This document shows, one piece after another, positions 51,807 to 64,000 of a stretch of 64,000 nucleotides of DNA; position 1 is the stretch's first letter, and each line of letters begins with the position of its first letter. The notes under the pieces were generated by a model. That model saw only the letters and a program-made list of their open reading frames with translations. It was not told the DNA's origin and made no database searches. A program made the translations under genes and the position numbers. The DNA is taken from contig NC_043000.1 in assembly GCF_006345805.1 (NCBI RefSeq), positions 125,488,001 to 125,552,000 on the forward strand, given 5' to 3'. Source of the stretch: Octopus sinensis (taxonomy: Eukaryota).

Positions 51807-51836
51807 TGAATCGTCTGTTGTTATGCAAATATAGCT
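51807..51836 (+). other. Candidate 30-nt microexon, copy 2
   Basis: Identical to 50298-50327, inside the tandem duplication. Confidence 0.35.
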
Positions 51837-52653
51837 GTAAGTATCATGCATTAACTTTACCATAAAGTCTACTGAAAAGACTTCATCATTTGGCTACATT
51901 TCTTCAAATAGCTTTCCTTTAGAAGCCTTCTTTTCTTGCTATCAGATTTATTATTGATTTATCCAGTTCTTTCTGAAGTCTTTAGAAACGGATGATGAAA
52001 GATGGCCGTGTCCTATAATAAAACACCTGATCGAAGCTTTTCACTTTAATCAGATATTGTAAATGTGCAGGATATGCATTGCAGCAAGCTTTCTGCAAAT
52101 GCTTCCTTGAAGAAACATCACATAACCACCGACATAATCTTTCTGATTACTACTGGGAAACGTGTGATTTTGTCATAAAAACTATATTCAAAGTTCAATT
52201 TCAGGCTTTAAACATAAATGTCACATTTTATTCCCAATTTCTTAAAACAATTTCTTGCAGCCCATATTAGTGTTTGAGTTAGTGGAAGCTGCAGAATGAA
52301 TATGTATTTTTATATTTCTATGAAGATATATGAAAGTGTATATATATCAAATATATATAAGAATATATATATATGTGTGTGTTATCATTTCCAAGAGAAT
52401 TTCCTGTATTGATTGTTTATCTATTGTCACAGAAAATTATTAACTTCAAGAAATAAGCAACTTTATCTGTTTCCATTTTTGCTAATCTTCAAACTGTAAT
52501 GTTCATCAGTGACAATTATGATATAAACAGAAATCTATAAATTCAATAAAATTTATTGGATATAAATTCTTTTGTTAACACATGAAATGAAAGTAATAAT
52601 TTCCTTTCATTTCATTTATTGTATGCATGTGTGTGTATGTATGTATGTATGTA

Positions 52654-52707
<54 letters not shown>

Positions 52708-53380
52708 GGTACACACATACACTAGTATTTATATATATATATCATCATTTGTGTGTGCTTATATAATCATAATAGTTTCATAAACTGATTTTAACAGTTA
52801 TTTATTATCAAGTTAGGTCATAAGCTTTCTTTCAGATTTTTATTGAAGGTCAAACTTAATTGAAAAATACAGATAATTGAATGTAGGAAAGAAAAAAAAC
52901 TGAACAGACTATTTATGACAATGGGTTAAGGTTGGAAATGAAATTGCAGAATTGATGCTTACCAAATACAAATGTTTGACACAATATACAGGTTTTACTA
53001 TGAAAAACATCATTTAAATCTAACCAATGGTGTAACACTGCTTTTGAATGGTGTAATGCAATGTAATGCAATATTAACAATGGTGAGGTCCCAATCATAT
53101 TGAATAGGAAATGCCATCATTGCACACTGAATGCCAAAATATGAAGCGATCTAGGCTTGTGAGGGAAATCTTTACTTGTTTGCTAGACCTGCTTGAAATA
53201 GCAAGTCAGTCATGCCCTACTGTCTAAAAAATAAGTGTGTGTGTGCTTGTGAGTGCTTTGGATGATATAATACAAGATATATTCTGTCTGAAAGAAAGAT
53301 GGGAAAGTGATGTATGGAAAGCCATTGATCAGAGTTCTGCTCAATCAAGATTGCTGACCTGTGGTTAAACAGCAACTACA

Positions 53381-53766
53381 GTGGAGGCGCAATGGCCCAG
53401 TGGTTAGGGCAGCGGACTCGCGGTCGGAGGATCGCGGTTTCGATTCCCAGACCGGGCGTTGTGTGTGTTTATTGAGCAAAAACACTTAAAGCTCCGCGAG
53501 GCTCCGGCAGGGGGTGATGGCGACCCCTGTTTTACTCTTTCGCCCCCCAACTTTCTCTCACTCTTTCTTCTTGTTTCTTGTCCCCGACTTCCTACGCAAC
53601 TGCTGAGCCTGGATGCGCATTCATCCATCCGTTGATGCTTTCAGTGTCAGGGGTTGACCTGCTTTCTCTTCTGCGGGTCTTACGAATAGCAAAGGACCAC
53701 GTTTCGGACATCTCTCCCACTGCGAGCACTGGGACGAAGACCGCTTTGCTCAACAAACATACAAAC
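53381..53766 (+). mobile_element. Young full-length tRNA-derived SINE (family F) with 14-bp TSD
   Basis: A box tggcccagtgg, B box ggtttcgattccc, CpG-rich, (CAAA)n tail; TSD aaacagcaactaca at 53367-53380 and 53767-53780. Confidence 0.92.
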
Positions 53767-55065
53767 AAACAGCAACTACAACATCAATAACCACCTTGTG
53801 TGATAGCTTTTGCTCCAAAGAGTAAGTTACAAAACACATCAAAATCTATCGATTCTCTGGTTAGAAATATCTAAAACCTTTTATATTTACATGTTTATTT
53901 AGTGAAAACACTCAAACACACAGACTTTCTAGCTATCTCTTTCTCTTTTTCACTCTTCTTGGAAAAGATTATTTAATGGTAGTGTTTAAAGAGTAATTAG
54001 TATGTTAACCACCATATGTCTCTACTGGTAGTTCATTGCAAACTTCACACAACTGCCATATGCACCACCAGTGGTACGTTTTCGTGATTTGAGAAAATAT
54101 TTTATTCTGTATCTTTGATATGGTTTCGAGGATATTTAAATAACACGAGTGCCAAATATTAAAGTTTTAATATGAAATAGTGTAAAAATGCAAAACAATT
54201 ACATTTCCTTGCAATTAAACAGTAGATAGTGCGAAGTACGTGGCATCACTGCTAAGTTCCAATAACAAGCCATGGCAGTTAATGTGTTAATGATTAAGAG
54301 ACTGAATCTATTGTAGCAGAGATTTTGCCTATTATGGAGTCCCCTAAAGCAATTTCAGTTCTTATTTTACCTTGGGTGGGGTCATTATGCCAATCACAAC
54401 ACATACACCGGTTCTTCTTTATTATTTATTTGTCAGTTGGTTGGCTATTTAACCAATTAACTGTTTGATTGCTTGATTAATTGTTCAGTTAATCAGTCAA
54501 TCAGTTAAGTCTGTCAAAGTCTTTGCCTCACCATTCACAATCCCATCACTGACATACCAACTCTACTCTAGGGCTGTCTCAGATCTGTCCTTTGGGTTCT
54601 TTGTGATTTTCATTTTCATTCAGTTGATTTCTATCGCCAGTAACACTTCAACACTGTTCAATCTTATAACATCATCATCATCATCATTTTACATCTCTGT
54701 TTCCATACTTGTATGGGTTATCATTGCTCGTGTTATCTTGCATATACAGCAATAGATAAAAATGGGCTAACTTAGGAGTTCAACATGTCTTAAAGTGTGA
54801 CCCGGGTGCATTTTATGCCATTCGCACAACAGCTATTGTGGGAGAACAAAAGGGTCACATCTGCCTTGTATCAGTTCTTATTCAAAGTTACTGCCCTCCT
54901 TCACGTATAGTCTATAACATGACTTGTGGAGACCACATCCTGTAATCATATTCTATTTTGGCATGTTTTCTATGCCTGGAAGCACAATGAGAGAAGTTAT
55001 CTGCAGAAGAACTGATATGTATCATCTACTCTATATTGGTTTTTATTTGGAGTTATTACCTCCCT

Positions 55066-55393
55066 GTGAAGGCGCGTGGCTTAGTGGTTAGGGGCATTCG
55101 GCTCATGATTTTAAGGTCGTGAGTTCAATTCCCAGCAGTGTGTTGTGCCCTTGAGCAAGACACTTTTTTTCATGTTGCTCCAGTCCACTCAGCTGACGAA
55201 AATGAGTAGTACCTGTATTTCTAAGGGCCAGCCTTGTCACACACTGTGTCACGCTGAATCTCCTCGAGAACTACGTTAAGGGTACACGTGTTTGTGGATT
55301 GCTCAGCCACTTACACGTTAATTTCACGAGCAAGCTGTTCCGTTGATTGTATCAGCTGGGACCCTCATCATCACAATTGACGGAGTGCTCCTC
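55066..55393 (+). mobile_element. Full-length SINE family C with 12-bp TSD
   Basis: A and B boxes, gttgtgcccttgagcaagacac central motif; TSD tatt(a/g)cctccct at 55054-55065 and 55394-55405. Confidence 0.9.
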
Positions 55394-55990
55394 TATTGCC
55401 TCCCTAGATGAGTAGGTTATGATGTGGCTTGCAAAGCTTATTCCTTACTCTTATACAAGCACTGGGCACTCGTGCACACACACCACACTGCATGCATTGC
55501 CTCCTTTTGTATGGCCATTGATATTTTCCATTTACTTTCTCATCTGAAATTGTACAAATATATTCAATTTAATTGTATTTAAATGATCTGACACTTAATT
55601 AAAAAAAAAGTGGGGGGACAAAGAAATAATGTTGTCAAGTTATTAATTTGCTACTTAATGGACTTATTAATAATGTATAAGTATGAGTTTGTTAATAATA
55701 CTTAACATATATGTTATAAAATTAAGTACATAATAGATTTGTTTACTTCTACATAATTTTGTATTTATGCATAGTTATGTAGTTCAAGTCTGTTGCATCA
55801 GCAGTTATAGGATTTGAAAGGCATTGAACAATTTCAATAATTCCATAAGGCCTGAATGCTTTCTCACCTTGACTTCAAATTGCAGCTAGGCCTTTCGGTC
55901 TCTTGCCAAGAAAATTTCTACTTAATTAACAGAAATATCGTTCATCAAGATGACTCCATAGGTAGCATTCCTGCATATAAAGCCACCCAT

Positions 55991-56120
<130 letters not shown>

Positions 56121-56259
56121 TTTTTATTCTTTCTACCTCCCTTTTTTGCACACACAACCACCAAGTGCACAAATCCCCTCTAATCACTCCTGGCAGTTTC
56201 CCTTTATTGCATTCAAGTGAATGAGACTCAGAATACCTTGGAATTCAAATTGAATTAGG

Positions 56260-57450
56260 AATTACAATAAGCAATTGTGATAGATCAGGTAGAACTCTGC
56301 TGCACTCCCTTCTGAAATTTAGAAGGAACTGCCAAGATTACTTCTAAAGAACCATTTTTAACCAAGCAGGCAGAATTCACTCGTAATCAATGGCCCAAGA
56401 ACATGGCAAAGGATCAGCAGGAAGTAAAGGCGTATTGGATGAACCAGTGTTCACTCATGAAAGGGTGTAATAAATGGTGAAGCAAGAGAGGTTTCACAGC
56501 GTTTTGGTTCCAATAAATGAAAATGTTCAAGCTGTTGTATCAAAGCCACTGGGTGAGTAAAAAGAGGATGCAAATAAACAGAAGATATATTTGTTGGCTA
56601 AATATCAGGTCAAAAATCACAGATAAAAGAAAATGTGGACCATGTATACTGTCAGAAAGTTAAAAAATTTAGCAAAACCTTCATATTTCATTAGACCATC
56701 ATACATGAACATTCACAATGTCTCTTCATTGCAAGGATGACTCTGACACTGATGGTGTAGTTAGATATACCCAGTACTCTAAAAACTTTGTAATAAATGG
56801 TCTGTCAGACACCATGGTGACATGCAATATATTTTCATTCATTGGCAAGAAATTTTACAGCTTCTGTACTGGAATTAAGTGACAACGGTCATGTTTCATC
56901 AACAGGTCAGTGGTCATGCAGAACAATTTGTTGTTCAAACATAAAACAAGATATGGAGAGAAATTTGGTAGACAGTATGAAGCTGTTGAAGCAATAAACC
57001 TTTTTCTCATAGCCTATAAATCAATATCGAATTTATGGCAGAATTACAAATCATCACCAGAGATATTCGGTGGCTGTAAAGAGTTGTTTTATTGTTGCAC
57101 CCATATAATAAAGCTGATGCGGAAAACTCTTCTCAGCGATATCTAACGTTTGAAGTTGGAAATCTGAATATTGATATATACCAGGAACTATGGCAAAAGG
57201 GTAAAAGTTGATTCCTGAGAATGTCAATATATGAAAGGAAATTGTTTCTGTCAGAATGGACAGAGGCTTTTGGAAGAGGCACCAAACCAAATTGTCACAA
57301 GAAACATTCTGGGGACACAAAAGAACCCATAATGGAAGAATTTCTTCAAGAACTAAGATTAACTTACCAGAAAAGTACTTGTGGAGTCTACATCATGTCT
57401 CATACGTTACATTTTGTTGTTTCCTGTGGCAGGATGCTTCTTGTGTCTCC
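56260..57450 (+). mobile_element. Heavily decayed transposase, probably piggyBac-like
   Basis: Frame-shifted fragments AYW, ERFHSVL, HSQCLFI and RYTQYSKN..NKW occur in the order expected for piggyBac DDE transposases; similarity is weak and judged by eye. Confidence 0.4.
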
Positions 57451-58592
57451 AACCTCTTTACAGAGTGTATTTTAGCATAACACAAGCACTAGAGGGCTTG
57501 CCTTGGGAAGGCCACATGAGTAACCTCAACCCTGTATCATTTCTGCTTTCCCAGATGGGTATGCTGCAATGTGGTTTGTAGAATTCATATTTTGCTTGAA
57601 TGCACCCCCACACCACATTAGACACATTCTTTACCCTCCTTCATGAAACCACTGACACTTTTTTGTTCACTTTCTTACACAAAATAATATAGATATATTC
57701 TATTGAACTGTACTTGAATGATCTGAAAATTAGTAGTCATAAATATTGCATCAAATGAGTAAATATCTCTTCACATGAGTTTATTAATAATATATTTAGA
57801 CTATGTTCTTATTAAATTATGTATACAATTTGGTTATTTACTTACACATAATTGTATATTAATAAAATTTAGCTTTGATTTACTTAATAGATTATAATTT
57901 ACTTTGCCTTCCAGCCTACGCACCTCACACCTCAGTTGGTAACCTATGGGGCTTAACAAAATATTTTCCAACTGTGCTTTCTACTTCCTGAAGACAGCCT
58001 TATGTTAAACACTACATTGTTCAGCTTCCATTCTTTCAGTCATTGACATAGCAATCTTGTATTGCATAGCAGCATGACCTCAGTTTTCTCAATAATGGAA
58101 ATGTTCACAATAATAAAATTAGACTCACTTTTAACACCCATAAATCTCTCCCTAGTGGCACCAGATTTTATATTATCACAGAGTTAGTTTGTTGACACTG
58201 TCAGTGAAAAAGTTTTTGTTAGAAAACTTATCTCGAGACCTTTCGGTGGATATCTTGCTCACCATCAGCATTAACCTTACCTATGTTCTGAAGATAAGCT
58301 GAAGTAACTTTTTCACAAAACACAATTGCCTGCATTGTATATCTAGGTAAAAGGTTTTCTTAATGTTAATGAATAATTTAACAGTGAAGCCCTTCCTTAA
58401 AAATCAGAATTTACACACACCTGTTGTAAGGAAGATCAATCACAATTGGGTACATGGCTCTGTGGTTAAGAAGTTTGTTTGCCAGCCTCTTGCTTTTGGG
58501 TTCAGTCTCATTGTGTGACATTTTGGGTGTTTCCTACTACAACATTAGATTGACTAAAGCCTTGTGAGTGATTGTAGTTGATAGAAACTGAA

Positions 58593-58827
58593 CGAAGGTG
58601 GCGAGCTGGCAGATATGTTAGCAGGCTGGGCAAAGTGCTTAGCAGTATTTCACCTGCCGTGAAGTTCTGAGTTCAAATTCCACTGAGGTCAACTTTGCTT
58701 TTCATTCTTTCGGGGTCGATAAATTAAGTACCAGTTACGCACTGGGGTTGATCTAATCGACTTAATCCTTTTGTTTGTCCTTGTTTGTCCCCTCTATGTT
58801 TAGCCCCTTGTGGACAATAAAGAAATA
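58593..58827 (+). mobile_element. SINE family B nested in a family A relic
   Basis: Interrupts the family A copy starting at ~58450; TSD agaaactg(a/g)a at 58583-58592 and 58828-58837. Confidence 0.85.
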
Positions 58828-58879
58828 AGAAACTGGAAGAAGACCTTGTGAAAACCCAGCACGTAAAGTAAGATCACAG

Positions 58880-59205
58880 CCGTAGCCTACGCCAGTGTTG
58901 CATAACCAGCCCATTTAAAAAGTGCTTTTGAATCATCGGGTGACATTCCGTGCTTGAGGAGGCCTATTGAGTCAAGTAAAATCAAAATCAAATCAAATAG
59001 AAATTGTAGTTGTGGCTGATGCCAGTGCGGCCTGACTGGCTCCCATTCTGGTGGCATGCAATAAGCATCATGCATGAGTGGATCATTTCCAGTGCTGCTT
59101 GACTGGCTCCCCATGCTATTTAAGTGTGGTCGATGCCAGCTCCCCTGCCCTGACTGGCTCCTGTGCTGGTAGCACATAAAAAGCACTATCCGAATGTGGC
59201 CAATA
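58880..59205 (+). mobile_element. Family E upstream part with three subrepeats
   Basis: ccag...tgactggctcc repeated three times, as at 20236 and 48528. Confidence 0.7.
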
Positions 59206-59577
59206 TATATGTGTGTGTATATATATATATATATATGTGTGTGTGTCTGTCCGTGTCCATGCACACGTACCCATGTATATTTGTGTGAGTGAGTTAATAT
59301 TTCCTTTGCATTCACTGGTTTGTAAGCAATGACTTTTTGAGGGTATTGTTTGCTTGCTATCTACTGCAAAAGCATATCTGGGCTTCTTCACATTCTGCAA
59401 TCTTTGTAAAGAAAAGGCTTGTTCATACAGCTCCCTTTGTTTCCAGTTCTCTGCATTAAACACATTCAAGCTATTTTTTGTTTGATTTCGAAGTATATTG
59501 GGTGTTATTAAACTTGGTTTCCACTGGACAAGCTAAGTCATGTGATGAAAATTAATGTAAACAGCTAGTGTGTCTCT

Positions 59578-60218
59578 GCTAGTTGTTATTATTGTTAGGT
59601 CTTTTTAATATGTTGGGAGAAATGCTTGTCTGTGATAACAGTAGGAGACTATCTTAGATTTAATGTTGAGGAAATCTCATTTTAAGTCTCTTTTTGTATT
59701 TTACTAGATGTTTTGCAAACAACTTGCACATGCAAGTGCTACCAGTCAAAACCTCTGCATACCAGAAGCCAGCAAGTGTATGGGGTCATCAGGAGAAAAT
59801 GTGCGCCGTTTCGGGACCTATCTCTCAATGGCATCAATGCGCACCGCCACCCCCCTCACTGATATGAGGCCCCGCTTGCTAGATCAACTGGTTATCAAAT
59901 AAAGCTCAATATTCTTTTAGCCATCGCTCATCGTCTCTTTTTAACCAAATCCAGTGGCTAGCCTTCTCCACTGTAGTTTGGATATCGGTCATGGTCGTAT
60001 TGACTTTACGATGAGTTAGGCCTAACGATAACAACAGTCATCTCACACTGTGTCCAACGAACCCTCTACATCCAACTATGATTGGAAAAAGCTAGTTGTT
60101 ATTATTGTTAGGTATTTTTAATATTTTGGGAGAAATGCTTGTCTGCGACAACAGTAGGAGACTACCTTAGATTTCATGTTGAGGAAATCTCATTTTAAGT
60201 CTCTTTTTTTATATTTTT
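59578..60218. repeat. ~125-bp direct repeat (59578-59702 and 60091-60218) exactly flanking the Hero-like fragment
   Basis: gctagttgttattattgttagg...gaggaaatctcattttaagtctcttttt on both sides, about 7 substitutions and a short T-run indel. Confidence 0.92.
59703..60090 (-). mobile_element. 5'-truncated RLE-type non-LTR retrotransposon (Hero-like): ORF end plus 3' UTR
   Basis: 60088-59906 reads FPIIVGCRGFVGHSVR*LLLSLGLTHRKVNTTMTDIQTTVEKASHWIWLKRDDERWLKEY*, matching the recalled Hero-clade C-terminus PxEVGCRGF...AEKASxWLWxKR. Confidence 0.8.
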
Positions 60219-61974
60219 CTATACTGTTATGGATTAGTTGGATAGCACAACATCTTGTCATTTGTTGTGGTGTTTCATCATTTGTTTCATGAATTCCAGT
60301 ATTTTGTGATCAGTCCTCACTAGTGCTTTGCTCATCTTTTTCTTCAGAAGGCTCCGTCCATTCAGATTGTTTGACATTTTTTTCACCTAGCTGACACTGT
60401 AGATAGCTGCGCAAAATAAGATTTGAAATACGGCTGAAGAAATAATGCTGATTCACTGTTCTGTTCTATTTTTTTTAGCTCAATAATCTTGTGTGTACAT
60501 GTTTTCGAACAGAGTGATGGACTTAACTGAATCAAAGAGATTCAATTTTTTAACAGACTTCCTTCGAAATCATGCTAAATCTCTCAGTTCTAGTGTTTCC
60601 TTGTTGACTGAATCACTATTAAACATAGAATTTGAAGAATTATCAGGAACAATTGTGTTATCAGATAAAGCTCTTGCATCTCCCTCTCTTTCTCTTATTA
60701 TTCTTATCATTACTATTTTTTTTGTAGTACCTAAAAAGGAAAATGTCAATTTGATAATAATTCCTCCTAATTTTATATTCTGATATGCTTCAAGGGATTA
60801 TAGCAGTTTTATTTGCCATTAATGTATTCTATCTGATAAGATTTAGAATGGGAGATGAAGCTCTTCCAGTCTCCTTTCTCCTTATGGTAATAAAGCCTGA
60901 TGAGTGGTATTGACTTTACAATTTATGTGCTGAGGCTTAGGTAGAAATATTATCCAAACTTTGCACAACATAGCTTTCAGAAGTGTTTTGTCCTATGGGA
61001 TTATGAAGATACTGAAAATGGTTGTTGCTGGGGAAAAAAAAAAATAACAAAACATTTTTTTTCTTCTCGATATTTTTTGGTATGGTGTCAGAAGATCAAA
61101 AGGAAATTGTAATATTTTTTAACTTGATTTCCATAGCGTTATAGTGGAGGTATTTGCAACACAGAATAGAAACCTGATTTTTAGATTGAAACTGCTTTCA
61201 TAAGGGTGGGAAAAGGAATGACAAAAAAAAAAAAAAATAAATAAATCAACATTGCAGCAGAAATCCTTTATTTCAAAGCAGGAATATTGTTCTTTTAAAG
61301 TCTTTTAGATTCAGAATGGATTCCTTATTGCATCACTAATATTTTGGGGAAGTTTTATTTCTATTTTTTAAATTTAATAGAGTTTTAATCAATAACACTG
61401 ATTAAATAAATTTTTCTAGTGGGGTTGAGGAAACTGTCTTTTTTTTTTGTCAATATAATTACAGTTGTTTTTTTTTTAATATATTTTGATAGCAATAATA
61501 ACCTATTGAATCCTGGTGACTACATTGAAAGGGATTTATAGAGGGGTACCCTAGAATCATTTACTTGTGTTTGCTACAAGCTCATTGGAATATTTGAAAT
61601 CTATTCTGTGCATTAACAAAAACACTGCCAATTACACAGTGATCTTGTTTGTTGCTGTAAAGTATATTGTTCCACGATAGCTATTTGTTGTTAGGAAATA
61701 TTGATCCAGTAAGAATTAAGTATATTCAACCACTGCCAGTTATTTGACTTCCTATTTATCTGTTGTTAATGGTGATAGCTTGTGCTCATTCCTGAATGAA
61801 ATGCCTAGTTCATCTTTTGATTTCTTATTTGTTGCCCTGGTATTTCTTAGATGATTGATCTTTCATGAGACATGCCTCCACACAAACTATGCTTGATAGA
61901 CAAAAATAAATCTGGTTGAGATTGACAAATTTCTTTGTATTCTCATTCATTCACTTCATATCTGCAATAGTTCT

Positions 61975-62495
61975 GCAGCAGTCAAGAGAATTTGATGCTC
62001 TGCACTCAATTCAAGCTGCCGTCCATTTATATTGAAATTTCCATTTTGTTATTTTTCCATCATATTTTCTCCTAACTGGTTGTTTTTCCTGATTCTAGGA
62101 TTGAAGTCTCCAAGTAAAGCAAGCTTATTTGTACCTTGGAGATGGTGGTGTTCAGTTGATGATAGAATTAGTTTAAAGGCTTCCACTGGCATCTAGGAAC
62201 TGTCTCCATAGAATTGTCTACAGAGACATGAGCTTCTCATTGATAGCAATTAGCATGAAGTAATGATTCTTCATTAGTTTTGTTTTTGCAGCAAAACTAA
62301 TCTTTGAATGCAGCATTCCTCAACCCACCAAAAGAATGGTTCTGTAACCTGAATTAGATTTTTCAATGATGCTTTCTCCTACAAGTCTTGGTTTCACATA
62401 AAGCAGCAATATCTAAATACAACTTTGCTAGTTTGCGAGTCACAAGTGGTCTGTTGTTGTCCTTCATATCAAGCAGAGTTCTGACACTCTATGAA
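61975..62495 (-). mobile_element. Decayed RTE-clade LINE, APE endonuclease region
   Basis: Reads SVRTLLDMKDNNRP..LDIAALCET...IAINEKLMSL...LALLGDFNPRI...NGRQLELSAEHQILLT; these are APE motifs NVRTL, DIAALSET and GDFN. Confidence 0.85.
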
Positions 62496-62805
62496 ACAAT
62501 AATCATTTTGGTACAGAACAAGTGAGAGACGTCTTGGTGTTTGTCTGCATAGAGAATGCTAATTATTAAAATATGACTATAGGAGTTTTTCTAGCAACTA
62601 ATACCATTGTGTTTGCTCTGTGTTATTATCAATAGCATGAATAAAAGTCAACTTTCAAGTTTTTCTCTTATTCAGAAAGATCAGTGCAACAGATCTCATT
62701 TCACTGGGTTTTTTGTTGTTTTTAATTTTGATATTTGTTATTTTTATTAATCTATACATCTTAGCACCTAGTCCTGGTAATTTATACACAAAACTCTGCT
62801 ATAAA

Positions 62806-63016
62806 CCTTTACTATTTAGATTACTCTGTCAAATATAATGCTTATTTATTCATATTATTTTGAATTAATCTTGTATTATCATATAGTTTCAAAATTTTGA
62901 TGTTGATTTTTACAATGACATTTATAGGGTAGGTGTGAGAGGCGAGGTCTGTCTGGTTTGAATTTAAAACTGGTAGAATATTTATTAAGAGCTGGCTAGT
63001 TTAAACATTAAAGGGG
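62806..63016. mobile_element. piggyBac-type MITE (family 2)
   Basis: CCTTTA...TAAAGGG ends; reverse-complement homologous to 7110-7326. Confidence 0.65.
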
Positions 63017-64000
63017 TACATTGCAACACTATTGAGTTTATTGGATGAAGTTTTCATATCTCACTCCTTGGCCTTTTATTTTTGGTTGAAATAAAAAAGA
63101 AAATATTTACTCATTTCACTTAACACTGCATTATACCATCATGTGGTAGTTATAAATGTTTCAGATTAACAATATAAATGATATAAATAATGCATGCCAT
63201 CACTTAAAGATGAACTGGTCCTTGCTAAAGCTGTATTCAAATGCTCTTTCAGTAATGGTATTTTAAGACCTGATTGGCAGGTTTTAAATCTGGCATATAG
63301 ACACCATTTAGGTGCTAGAACATAAAAAATAATGCAAAGAAACAAATACAAGTTTTACACGAGACAATACTTCATACATTGGCAATGACACATGCGTGCA
63401 AATGTCCATGCACACTTACCTTTTGTTTTAACACTATACACAGACACATTTCCTTTTAGCACTGCTAAACTAAACTACCCCTAAGAACTTAAACCTTCTC
63501 TTTACACTCATCTTTCACTCATTTTTGAAATTTTTCCCTGATGCATTTCTCTGAAAATTCCCTCCCATTTGTTTCAAATCCAACCACTTTCTTGACTGAC
63601 TTGCGCATAAAGCTTACTAATCCCACTTAGTTATCCATATACTTTGGTCTAGGAACACTTTAAAAAAGATGCTATGGATATTGTCCATCTTTCAGAAAGC
63701 AGTGAAAATAATCCACACATTTTTAGATATGAATTTTAGATTTAGATGTTCTGTGTTAGTGGAAATTCCATTGCAGTTGGTGTTATCTGTTGTAACTGAA
63801 TTTATAGTTTTTTTTTGTTTCTTTGTTTTGTTATTTTTAAGCTAGTGAGAGAGCTTCTATGTATTGGCTCATCATGCTAGAAATAACAACCAACATATCC
63901 TATACATAACATCTCATTGCTAAAAAACAAAATGGAAATAATGCTTTAACCAAACAGTCCTAAAAACTGGCATGGTCACAAACGGAATGCCTTTAATTAC

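Larger units (their letters stand above)
49662..52707. repeat. 1,509-bp tandem duplication, two essentially identical copies
   Basis: Identical ORFs at 49769/51278 and 50570/52079 (offset 1509); the only differences seen are in the bounding microsatellites. Confidence 0.95.

Noticed and set aside
53381-53456. tRNA gene-like sequence (also 55068, 33628, 15615)
   Set aside because: tRNA-derived SINE heads with bodies, tails and TSDs, not tRNA genes.
58228-58272. Minus-strand ctgatg-gtg...cacc-gaaa-ggtctc hammerhead-like motif
   Set aside because: A9 is missing and there is no stem I; too degenerate to call.
59020-59170. Regularly spaced repeats suggestive of a CRISPR array
   Set aside because: The intervening sequences are related to each other, the context is eukaryotic and the units belong to a dispersed retroelement.
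59785-59815. GAAAC...CUGAUGA on the minus strand as a type II hammerhead
   Set aside because: The strands that must form stem II (ggtccc before GAAA, cccc after CUGAUGA) cannot pair.
59708-59902. 64-aa + strand ORF after an acceptor-like tag
   Set aside because: It is the antisense of the retrotransposon 3' UTR.

Overview
AT-rich, repeat-dense eukaryotic DNA with no recognisable intact protein-coding gene. The long ORFs in the track are microsatellite or SINE artefacts. The tRNA-headed SINE families, RTE/Penelope relics and very long (TA)n/(CA)n tracts resemble a coleoid cephalopod (Octopus-like) genome; this is inferred from recalled repeat sequences, not from a search. By eye the + strand is T-rich and carries several splice-like signals, so the window may be intronic sequence of a large + strand gene. 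It contains at least five SINE/SINE-like families, decayed RTE, mariner, piggyBac, Penelope and Hero/RLE-type elements, TTAA-flanked MITEs, three fold-back hairpins and a 1,509-bp tandem duplication anchored in microsatellites. Best leads: (1) a young TSD-flanked insertion forming a perfect 124-bp palindrome whose centre folds as a variant minimal hammerhead ribozyme (G3:C8 swap); (2) an RLE-type retrotransposon fragment flanked by a ~125-bp direct repeat, a possible exceptionally long target-site duplication; (3) a candidate 30-nt microexon duplicated by the tandem repeat; (4) candidate recursive splice sites.
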